NCBI RefSeq assembly: GCF_056746865.1
Contig: NZ_CM163382.1
Length of the DNA: 64,000 nt
Strand: one strand, 5' to 3'
Translations under genes and position numbers: made by a program
The notes under the pieces: generated by a model
Told to the model about the DNA's origin: nothing
What the model saw: only the letters and a program-made list of their open reading frames with translations
Databases searched by the model: none
In this document: positions 56,089-64,000 of the stretch, in pieces
Numbering within the stretch: the stretch's first letter is position 1
How the letters are laid out: every line of letters begins with the position of its first letter

Positions 56089-57492
56089 TTATAACGTTAC
56101 GGAAGCCGTTTTTTCTTCTGTCGCCATCTCTTTATTTTTGCGTTGGTTGATTTCCTCAATAATCAATGCAAACCGTTTTTCATTGAGTGTGTAAAAGAAT
56201 CCCATCGTTAATGCAGCAATAATTGCCAGCGCACAAGGCCAGATAAAAATGAGCTGACGCAAACCCTGTAATGTCGCATCACTTTGCGCGATGTTGGGAA
56301 CATAACCGATTTGCGTCAGCATAATGCCTGGCAAGAAGCCAGCAAGTGCGGCAGAAATTTTACGAAAGAAGGTATAACCGGTATAAACAGAACCTTCGGC
56401 ACGAATACCGGTTTTCCATTCACCGTAATCTACGGTATCTGGTACCAGCGCCCAGTTCAGGCTGTTCACAAAGGCCGTGCCAAAAAAGGCGACACAAGAG
56501 AACATGACAAAAGTGAAAGAGTTACTTCCCCAGAAATAATTCAGGATATCACCAACCGCCCATAGCACCATGCCAGCTAAATAAACCTGTTTTTTACCAA
56601 AACATTTTACAGTTAATGGCACCAGTAATACGCCGACGAGGATACATCCCATACTGAAAAATCCCATCCACGACAATAAATTAATATCATTCAGCACATA
56701 TTGGGTGTAATAGACCTGAATCGCCAGTTTGATATTAAATGCCGCCAGGGTACACAGGTTAGCAATGCACAAAACCAGCAATGGCGGATTACGAAATATC
56801 GCGCAAAAAGATTTGAGAATACTGGCTTTATGTCCGGTTGGCGCTGTGTCCACATAATGCTCTTTGACGCCTCTGTAGCACAGCATCATAAAAATAAAGC
56901 CACCAATGGAGAACATCAGTGCCGCGCAGGCATAACCGACGGTGGAGTCAGAAAAAAGCGACTGCAACGGAATAAACGCCACGGTACAAATCAATAGCCC
57001 TATGGTTGCACCACCCTGGCGGTAAGCCGCGAGCTGCGCGCGCTCATTCGGGTTTTTGGTAATGGCCGGGATCATCGCGCCATACGAGCAGTTCATCAGA
57101 CTGTATGAAAGCCCAAACATCATAAACAGTGCTGTGGCAATCGTCGTTTTAACCGGCAAACTAAAAGTGGTGGCGATAAACTGGAGCGTTGCAATTAACG
57201 CCGCCGGAACCGCTGCGTATAAAATAAACGGCCTGAACTTTCCTTTAGGCCCAATATTTTTCCGCGAATCGAGTAAAAATCCGGTGAGCATATCGGTAAA
57301 CGCGGTAAAAAACTTCGCCACCAGAAAGATAATCCCGCCATAGTAAGCAGGCATCCCTAATTCATCGGTATAAAATTTGAGGAGATACAGAGTGCCGATG
57401 CTAAGCATTAAATTCGAACCGACGTCGCCCATGCCATAGGCGATTTTTTCCCGCAGATTCAGTTTTAATGTCAGTGGATTATGGTCAGACAT
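56089..57492 (-). CDS. yihO: GPH-family (glycoside-pentoside-hexuronide:cation) transporter YihO, putative sulfoquinovose or sulfonated-sugar importer
   Basis: ORF 56089-57498; start ATG 57490-57492 (MSDHNPLTLKL...), 467 aa. Confidence 0.88.
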   Translation of the reverse strand: MSDHNPLTLKLNLREKIAYGMGDVGSNLMLSIGTLYLLKFYTDELGMPAYYGGIIFLVAKFFTAFTDMLTGFLLDSRKNIGPKGKFRPFILYAAVPAALIATLQFIATTFSLPVKTTIATALFMMFGLSYSLMNCSYGAMIPAITKNPNERAQLAAYRQGGATIGLLICTVAFIPLQSLFSDSTVGYACAALMFSIGGFIFMMLCYRGVKEHYVDTAPTGHKASILKSFCAIFRNPPLLVLCIANLCTLAAFNIKLAIQVYYTQYVLNDINLLSWMGFFSMGCILVGVLLVPLTVKCFGKKQVYLAGMVLWAVGDILNYFWGSNSFTFVMFSCVAFFGTAFVNSLNWALVPDTVDYGEWKTGIRAEGSVYTGYTFFRKISAALAGFLPGIMLTQIGYVPNIAQSDATLQGLRQLIFIWPCALAIIAALTMGFFYTLNEKRFALIIEEINQRKNKEMATEEKTASVTL

Positions 57493-57532
57493 AATCACTC
57501 CTTATAACGCCCCGCAGGGCGTTGTTTATTAT

Positions 57533-58918
57533 TTATTCCGTGCGTTTACGGGCTTCTATTTCTTCAACAATGCGGACGTACATTTTCTCGTTCAGACTGT
57601 AGAAACAACCCATCGCAACAATGGTGACTACCGCCAGTGCGCTTGGGTAGATGAAGATCAGCTGGCGTAAACCTTCGATGGTATGGTCAGCCTGGGCGAC
57701 GTTTGGCACATAGCCGATTTGCGTCAGCATCCAGCCTGGGAAGAAACCAGCCAGCGCCTGAGAAACTTTGCGAAAGAAGGTGAAACCGGTGTAGACCGTC
57801 CCTTCCGAACGCACGCCGGTGCGCCATTCGCCATATTCCACGGTGTCGGAAATCAGCGCCCAGTTCAGGCTGTTAACAAACGCTGAGCCGAAGAATGCCA
57901 GGCAGGAGAACGTCACGAAGCTGACCGAACCGCCGCCAAAGAAATAGTTGAGCAGATCGCCAAGCACCCAAATCAGCAGGCCGCCGATATAGACCTTCTT
58001 CTTACCAAAACGTCTGACTGCGCCAGGCATCAGGAACACGCCGATGAAAATACAGCCCATGCTGAAAAATCCCATATATGACAACAGGATGGGATCGTTA
58101 AGCACGTACTGGGTGTAATAAACCTGAATGGCGAGCTTGACGTTAAACGCCCCTAAGGTGCAGAGGTTAGCAATACACAGAATGAACAGCGGGCGGTTAC
58201 CGGCAATTGCGCGGAAAGATTGCAACAGGCCAGGCTTTTGCGCCGGATTGGTAGGTTGGGTTTCGACATAACGCTCTTTCACGCCCGAGTAGCAGATCCA
58301 CATAAACAGCAGGCCGAACAGTGAAAACAGCGTGGCAGCGAAGATATAGCCAATTTGCTGATTACCTTCGATAAGATTCATAACCGGCACGAATCCCACC
58401 GTACACAGCAGCAGGCCCAGCGTAGCGCCGCCCTGACGCCATGCCGCCAGTGAGGCGCGCTCGTTGGGATTTTTGGTGATGGCAGGCACCATTGCGCCGT
58501 AGGAACAGTTCATCATGCTGAAAAACAGTCCATAAAGCATAAACAGGATAGTGGCCATCACCGTTTTACCGGTGACATCGAACGGCGTACCGATAAAGTT
58601 GGCGATCGCCAGTAAGGTAACCGGGAATGACGCATACAGAATAAAAGGACGGAACTTACCTTTTGGACCGATCTTGCGTCGGGAATCCAACATGATGCCG
58701 GTTCCCATATCGGTAAAGGCGGTAAAGAATTTCGAGATCAAAAAGATAATGCCGCCATAGGTACCAGGTAGCCCCAGAACGTCGGTATAAAACTTCAAAA
58801 GATAAAGCGTACCAATATCCAGCAGGATGTTAGAGGCCAGGTCGCCAATACCGTAAGAGAGTTTCTCTTTAAAGGGCAGGCGTAAAGTTGCTGGATCTTC
58901 CGTTGTGATGTGACTCAT
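57533..58918 (-). CDS. yihP: GPH-family transporter YihP, paralog of YihO
   Basis: ORF 57533-58951; probable start ATG 58916-58918 (MSHITTEDPATLRL...), about 461 aa; shares long conserved blocks with YihO. Confidence 0.85.
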   Translation of the reverse strand: MSHITTEDPATLRLPFKEKLSYGIGDLASNILLDIGTLYLLKFYTDVLGLPGTYGGIIFLISKFFTAFTDMGTGIMLDSRRKIGPKGKFRPFILYASFPVTLLAIANFIGTPFDVTGKTVMATILFMLYGLFFSMMNCSYGAMVPAITKNPNERASLAAWRQGGATLGLLLCTVGFVPVMNLIEGNQQIGYIFAATLFSLFGLLFMWICYSGVKERYVETQPTNPAQKPGLLQSFRAIAGNRPLFILCIANLCTLGAFNVKLAIQVYYTQYVLNDPILLSYMGFFSMGCIFIGVFLMPGAVRRFGKKKVYIGGLLIWVLGDLLNYFFGGGSVSFVTFSCLAFFGSAFVNSLNWALISDTVEYGEWRTGVRSEGTVYTGFTFFRKVSQALAGFFPGWMLTQIGYVPNVAQADHTIEGLRQLIFIYPSALAVVTIVAMGCFYSLNEKMYVRIVEEIEARKRTE

Positions 58919-58963
58919 CGATGTTCTCCCTTTGCCCATGAGTTTCCCCACGGGCGAATGTGA

Positions 58964-61000
58964 TTAGATGCTTTTTAACGACGCGAACAGTGCCGCCCAT
59001 TCGCTATCGGCGCGATAAAAGACCGGCGGCTTGCCGATGGGCGCATTAACGGTCACTTCCCCGCCCCGGAACGCTTCACCCGTCCAGGCGTGCACCCAGT
59101 TATCCTCCGGCAGATAGAGCGTCCAGTCGCTACGGCCTTCTTCATGCACCGGAGCGACCAGAATGTCGCGACCTAACAGGTACTGATATTTCAGGGTGTA
59201 AGTGTGCGCATCGTCTTCGTAATGCAGGAACAGCGGGCGCATGACCGGCAGACCGGACTTCGCATTCAGCGCGACGGCCTCTTTCAGGTAAGGTTTCAGG
59301 GTGGTGAAGACGGTGGTCATACGGGCAAAATGGGCGATAGTTTCCGCGTCGCCGTCAAACTGCCAGTTGTCGCCCGGACGGTTGCCTTCGTGGGTGCGCA
59401 TCATCGGCGTGAAGGCGCTGAAATCACACCAGCGCAGTAGCAGCTCTTTGCTGCGCTTCATCTCAAACAGGGTGGTGTAACCGCCAATGTCGCTGTGATG
59501 CAGGCCATGTCCGGTCATTGCCAGCGACAGCGCCGCCGGGACAACCGACGCCAGGCCATCGTCCAGACTCCAGTCGACGTTCTGGTCACCCGCCCACATC
59601 ATGGTGGAGTATTTCTGGCTACCGGTAGAACCGGCGCGCATAAAGAAAAGGATCTCGCCGAGCTTGCCCGTTTCTTCAAGGGCTTCGTAGTTACATTTCG
59701 CCCACAGCGCTGGCCAGGCGTTATGCATAATCTCCGCGCTGACGCCGTTATGCAGGTACGTGTCGGTGGGCAGATACTCGCCGAAGTCAGCCATCCAGCC
59801 GCCGCAGCCAAGTTCAATCATGTTCTTTTTGATCACTTCCTTGAACCAGGCGTAGGCTTCTGGATTGGTGAGGTCGACAACGCCGCCATAGAACTCGCCA
59901 AACTCCACCAGATAGTCGCCGCCAGAGGCATCTTTTGCCAGATAACCGCGCTTTGCCGCCTCTTCGCAGAGATCTTTATCGCTGGCGACATACGGGTTGA
60001 TATAGGCCAGGAACTGCACGCCCTCTTTGTTCCACTGCTTAATACGTGAGTCCAGTTGCGGATAGTTTTCGCTGTTCCACTTCCAGTTCCACATTACGCG
60101 TTTGCCAAAAGAGGTCATACGGATCCCGGACCAGTCCTGCGCCCAGATGCCGTTAACCTTCACACCCGCGTTACGCATGGTGTCCAGTTTCTTCTGACAC
60201 ACTTCCGTCCCGCCCTGAATGCCGAGCGTTACCCCGTCATAAATCCAGTCGGGCAGTTCTGGCTGGCGTCCCAGCAGGGCAGTTAATTTTTCCAGCAGGG
60301 AGATGTATGTATCAGCACATTCAAAACGCAGCGTTGCTTTGTCTTCCCACAGCGCCAGTTCATGGTATTCCGGGGCGCTAAAGTCGAAGTTCATGTAGCA
60401 ACTGTTATCAACATGGCAGTAATACTTCTGCGTGCTGACAAACGTAGGCTGTGGGAAGAAAGTCCAGTAATAGTCGCCGCCCGCGTTCTCTTTGCAGTCG
60501 GCCTGCCAGGTGACATAGGTTTGCTTGTTGCGACCAACGCCTTGTTCACTGGTCCATAGCGGGAACGGTTTGCCGCGCAGATCGAAGTAGGAAAACTGTT
60601 CGCCGCAGCCGTAGATATGGTCCTCTGGTTGAGCGGCAAGGCGCAGCCAGATGCGGTTGTGGTTAAGGTTGTCGTTTTGTAGTTCCAGCAATAAACGGCC
60701 CTGATCGTCGGCAGAGATATTCAGCGTGGCGCTAATGTCAGAACCACGGCTGAAATGGATTAACCAACCATCCGGTGACTGGCTGACGGTAGCGTCGGTG
60801 AGCGCAATCTTCTCCTGCAATTTATCTTTAATGCTGAAATTACCGCGGAACATATCGATATCCGCTATACCTGAGCCAATCCATAAACAAGGATTATCTT
60901 TACTATGGGTTAAAATAAGACGGCCCTGAAAACGTAGGGTAAGACTGTCGTTATTCTGATGAAATTGAAAATCTAATAACTGTGGGCGTGGCGTATCCAT
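58964..61000 (-). CDS. yihQ: Sulfoquinovosidase (GH31 alpha-glycosidase)
   Basis: 678-aa ORF matching YihQ. Confidence 0.92.
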   Translation of the reverse strand: MDTPRPQLLDFQFHQNNDSLTLRFQGRLILTHSKDNPCLWIGSGIADIDMFRGNFSIKDKLQEKIALTDATVSQSPDGWLIHFSRGSDISATLNISADDQGRLLLELQNDNLNHNRIWLRLAAQPEDHIYGCGEQFSYFDLRGKPFPLWTSEQGVGRNKQTYVTWQADCKENAGGDYYWTFFPQPTFVSTQKYYCHVDNSCYMNFDFSAPEYHELALWEDKATLRFECADTYISLLEKLTALLGRQPELPDWIYDGVTLGIQGGTEVCQKKLDTMRNAGVKVNGIWAQDWSGIRMTSFGKRVMWNWKWNSENYPQLDSRIKQWNKEGVQFLAYINPYVASDKDLCEEAAKRGYLAKDASGGDYLVEFGEFYGGVVDLTNPEAYAWFKEVIKKNMIELGCGGWMADFGEYLPTDTYLHNGVSAEIMHNAWPALWAKCNYEALEETGKLGEILFFMRAGSTGSQKYSTMMWAGDQNVDWSLDDGLASVVPAALSLAMTGHGLHHSDIGGYTTLFEMKRSKELLLRWCDFSAFTPMMRTHEGNRPGDNWQFDGDAETIAHFARMTTVFTTLKPYLKEAVALNAKSGLPVMRPLFLHYEDDAHTYTLKYQYLLGRDILVAPVHEEGRSDWTLYLPEDNWVHAWTGEAFRGGEVTVNAPIGKPPVFYRADSEWAALFASLKSI

Positions 61001-61204
61001 AAATAATCTCCATAGAGTTGAGAACGAGGTTGTTTCCTTCCTGTTATTGTTATTACAGGCTTATGTAAAATGATTCTCATAAAACTGATATATATAAACT
61101 TTAAAGAAGCTGAGCTGTTTTTAACTTAATAAATTGATGATACATAACGTTGCCTTTAGCGAGTGAAATGTTCTTCAATGATTTTGACTGCTAATCAATA
61201 CAAG

Positions 61205-62116
61205 TTATTTTCTCTGTCCGTAAATATTAAAAAACAGGCGGTGTGTTTTTCCGGGTTGCAGTAATATTAAATCGGTGCCGGAATTAAACGCATCAGGCGG
61301 GCAACTCATAGGTTCAACTGCCAGTCCCTGACGCTGTAATTTTTCACCGCTATAAACCTGCACCCAGGGTTGATCGCAACAGAGGCTCACCGAAAGCAAA
61401 TGCTGTGGATGGGTAATGGTCATTTCCCACAGGTCATTAGCGGTTTTAAAGGTATGGTCTATTTTTGTCGCGGCTATTTTTGTCGCCCGCGTGAAATTTA
61501 AATTCAGCTCATCAACGTGGTGAAGCGTTGTCGGATTTGCGTGCTCATCGACGGCATAAACCTGTTCTGCCGGAAGCTGGAAAAGATAGTCATCAACAGA
61601 TGTTAAGTTGCAGGTTAAATAAGGATGAATACCCACACCATAAGGTGCGGTCACAGTACCAATATTCTGGCTTGCGATCTCAACGGAAAGGCCCGTGCGA
61701 GCGTTGAGCGAATAAACAACCTGCGAAGCCAGCATAAACGGATAGCCGTAACTGGGCGGCAGAAAAGCTGTCAGGGTAACGCTGGTGGCGGTTAATTCGC
61801 TAATTTGCCAGTCACGCCAGGCAAGCAGCCCGTGAATAGCGGCTTTTGAACTATGTTCATTAATGGGTAACTGATAGTCCTGCCCCTGATAGCGGTAACA
61901 GCCGTTGGCGATCCGGTTCGGCCACGGAATAAGCACTTTACCCAGATGCGCCAGCGGCATCTCTTCGGGTTTGTGCGGGATGACTAAATGACAACCCTGA
62001 AAGGTTAATTCAGCCAGACCAGCACCAACCGTCACGATAGTCGCGTGATAATCCCCCGCGGCAAGTGAAACGGTTTGTCCACTGCAATGCATGTTGGTGA
62101 TTTGCATACGAGGCAC
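61205..62116 (-). CDS. yihR: Aldose-1-epimerase family protein (sulfoquinovose mutarotase)
   Basis: 303-aa ORF (annotated length may differ by a few N-terminal codons). Confidence 0.85.
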   Translation of the reverse strand: MPRMQITNMHCSGQTVSLAAGDYHATIVTVGAGLAELTFQGCHLVIPHKPEEMPLAHLGKVLIPWPNRIANGCYRYQGQDYQLPINEHSSKAAIHGLLAWRDWQISELTATSVTLTAFLPPSYGYPFMLASQVVYSLNARTGLSVEIASQNIGTVTAPYGVGIHPYLTCNLTSVDDYLFQLPAEQVYAVDEHANPTTLHHVDELNLNFTRATKIAATKIDHTFKTANDLWEMTITHPQHLLSVSLCCDQPWVQVYSGEKLQRQGLAVEPMSCPPDAFNSGTDLILLQPGKTHRLFFNIYGQRK

Positions 62117-62174
62117 CTTTATTGAATAACGACATACCCGGCATGTAGCCTGATATGCCGTTATTTCAGCTCAG

Positions 62175-63416
62175 TTATTTCGCGTTAATGTCCAGCAGGC
62201 CTGCGGCAACAGCCGGTGCCAGACCAGGGGCTAACGGGATACGCGGGATCACCAGGCAATGCAGCAGGTGATAAATATCCTGTTTGCCGTCCCAGACTTT
62301 CGTGGTGACTTTATTGTCCGCATCCAGCTCCTGCCACCAGGAACCATTTTCATAGTCCATCAGGTACTTAATGCAGTAGTCCCACCATGTCTGATACCAG
62401 GTTTCATACTGGCGATCGCCGGTGACGGTGTAGAGCGCGTAAGCCGTACCCATCGCTTCGACGATAGGCCAACGCACACGTTCGCGAACCACCGGTTTGC
62501 CTTCCCAGTCAACGGTATAAACAATCCCGTCCGCGCCATCGGGTGCCCAGGCATCGCGCACGGTGGCGTTAAATAGACCTTTGGCATCTTCTAGCAGCCA
62601 GGCAGGCGGCTGTTCACAACGGGCTTCCAGGGCCGCGTGGATGTGCAGCATTAAACGGCCCCATTCGATCCAGTGGCCCGGCGTGCCACCGAATGCGCGG
62701 AAGCGGTGCGCCGGGTTATCTTTGTTGTAATCCGGCAGCGGATTCCACTGGGTATCGAAGTGCTCGTTAACGCGATAATGATTATTTCTGGCGACGTCGT
62801 GGATAATCACGGAAGCCACGCGAATCGCGCGATCCAGCCATTTTTTGTCGTGCGTTACGTCATAAACAATCAGGAAGGCTTCCACCGCGTGCATGTTGGC
62901 ATTGCCGCCGCGGTACTCTTCGGTTTTGCTGAAGGCTTCGTCCCACGACTCCAGGCACATCTGCTCTTCTTCACTCCAGAAATATTTTTCAATAATTTCA
63001 ATGGTGTAATCGAGCAGCTTGCGTGCTTCCGGGTGACCGGTAGTGACGGCACTGGCGGCACCCAGCAGAGCAAAGAAGTGTTGATAGCCTTGTTTGGAGG
63101 CATCCACCACGCCCTCGTCATTCACGCAGGCATACCAGCCGCCATATTTTTTATCGCGCAGTGCGCCATTCATGGCTTTGATACCGTGATCAACCAACGA
63201 GTAAGCGCCAGGGCGGCCCATCGCCGCAGCAACGGAATAAACGTGCAGCATACGGGCGGTGATCCACAGATGCGTGCCCATCTCTTCTTTGATTTGCCCT
63301 TTATTGCCCAGCCAGCCAAAGCCAGTCGGCACTACGGCATTCTTACCAAAATCAAAGATGCGATCGGTTTCCTGTTCCAGCCAGCGGTTGTGACTTAAGG
63401 TGTTAAACCATTTCAT
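62175..63416 (-). CDS. yihS: Sulfoquinovose isomerase (AGE/N-acyl-glucosamine-epimerase fold)
   Basis: 413-aa ORF matching YihS. Confidence 0.92.
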   Translation of the reverse strand: MKWFNTLSHNRWLEQETDRIFDFGKNAVVPTGFGWLGNKGQIKEEMGTHLWITARMLHVYSVAAAMGRPGAYSLVDHGIKAMNGALRDKKYGGWYACVNDEGVVDASKQGYQHFFALLGAASAVTTGHPEARKLLDYTIEIIEKYFWSEEEQMCLESWDEAFSKTEEYRGGNANMHAVEAFLIVYDVTHDKKWLDRAIRVASVIIHDVARNNHYRVNEHFDTQWNPLPDYNKDNPAHRFRAFGGTPGHWIEWGRLMLHIHAALEARCEQPPAWLLEDAKGLFNATVRDAWAPDGADGIVYTVDWEGKPVVRERVRWPIVEAMGTAYALYTVTGDRQYETWYQTWWDYCIKYLMDYENGSWWQELDADNKVTTKVWDGKQDIYHLLHCLVIPRIPLAPGLAPAVAAGLLDINAK

Positions 63417-63431
63417 TTTTGTATCCCCATC

Positions 63432-64000
63432 TTAACGGCGTTTAGCCATCATTTCGTCGACGATATCGCCAAGTTGTTGTAATTTCGGTGCGCAAACGTC
63501 ACGCAGCATCAGCTCGTTGTCTGGTAAACCGACAACCGATGCCCAGACGGCACGACCAGCCAGGAAGCCCGATGCACCCGCTGTCATTGCCACGCGTACG
63601 GCACGCGGGAACAGTTTTTCGTCGACACCGGAAGAAAGTATCACCCACGGCATATTGATATGGTCATTCAGACGTTGTGAAGCACTGAGAAGCTCTTGTT
63701 GCGGACCTTTACCGTAAAGCGGCATTTCAACTTTGTAGAGGTCAGCGCCACTGTCGCCCAGCTCTTTGGCAGCATCGATGATCGCTTGTTCGCGATCGAA
63801 TTTATCGCCACGACGTGGTGGGCGGACGACTGGCTCAATAATGCTTACCAGGCCGTGTGAGTGGCACAGTTCGTTAAACTCTTTCACCATATCCAGACGT
63901 TGCTGCGCATCTTCATCACTACGCCACAGCACCAGCAGTTTTAAGGCTTTGCCACCGTCTTGTTTGATTTGTAGCGGATTGATTTTGCGGTCAATGACCA
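63432..64000 (-). CDS. yihT: 6-deoxy-6-sulfofructose-1-phosphate aldolase YihT, C-terminal part only (gene runs off the window edge)
   Basis: Minus-strand frame is open from 63432 to the window edge (...[38 protein letters not shown]...); ORF-track entry starts at an internal GTG. Confidence 0.85.
   Translation of the reverse strand, partial: VIDRKINPLQIKQDGGKALKLLVLWRSDEDAQQRLDMVKEFNELCHSHGLVSIIEPVVRPPRRGDKFDREQAIIDAAKELGDSGADLYKVEMPLYGKGPQQELLSASQRLNDHINMPWVILSSGVDEKLFPRAVRVAMTAGASGFLAGRAVWASVVGLPDNELMLRDVCAPKLQQLGDIVDEMMAKRR

Overview
This window is ordinary, well-characterised Escherichia coli chromosome (K-12-like, around the rrnA operon), read from the six-frame translations and recognisable RNA sequences; no BLAST or other tool was run. 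Gene order is rhtB' / pldB-yigL-yigM / metR / metE / ysgA / udp-rmuC-ubiE-ubiJ-ubiB-tatABCD / rfaH / ubiD-fre / fadAB / pepQ-yigZ-trkH-hemG / rrnA (16S, tRNA-Ile, tRNA-Ala, 23S, 5S) / mobBA / yihD-srkA-dsbA-yihF / yihG / polA-spf / engB / csrC-yihI-hemN / yshB / glnGLA / typA-yihL-yihM-yihN / ompL-yihOPQRST'. I found no convincing undescribed multi-gene system (no CRISPR array, phage, integron or defence island). The one clear accessory feature is an apparently intact 1258-bp IS3-family insertion sequence (IS911-like inverted repeats, A-AAA-AAG frameshift site, 3-bp TAT target duplication) that splits yihM. Other items worth a second look are the sub-threshold small ORF yshB, the sRNAs Spot 42 and CsrC, a possible glnA 3'UTR sRNA, several readable regulator sites (FadR, CRP, NtrC/sigma54, DnaA), the tandem yihO/yihP transporter paralogs in the sulfoquinovose cluster, and REP clusters. 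Long ORFs antisense to glnA, typA, fadB and pepQ, and ORFs inside the rRNA genes, are rejected as artefacts.
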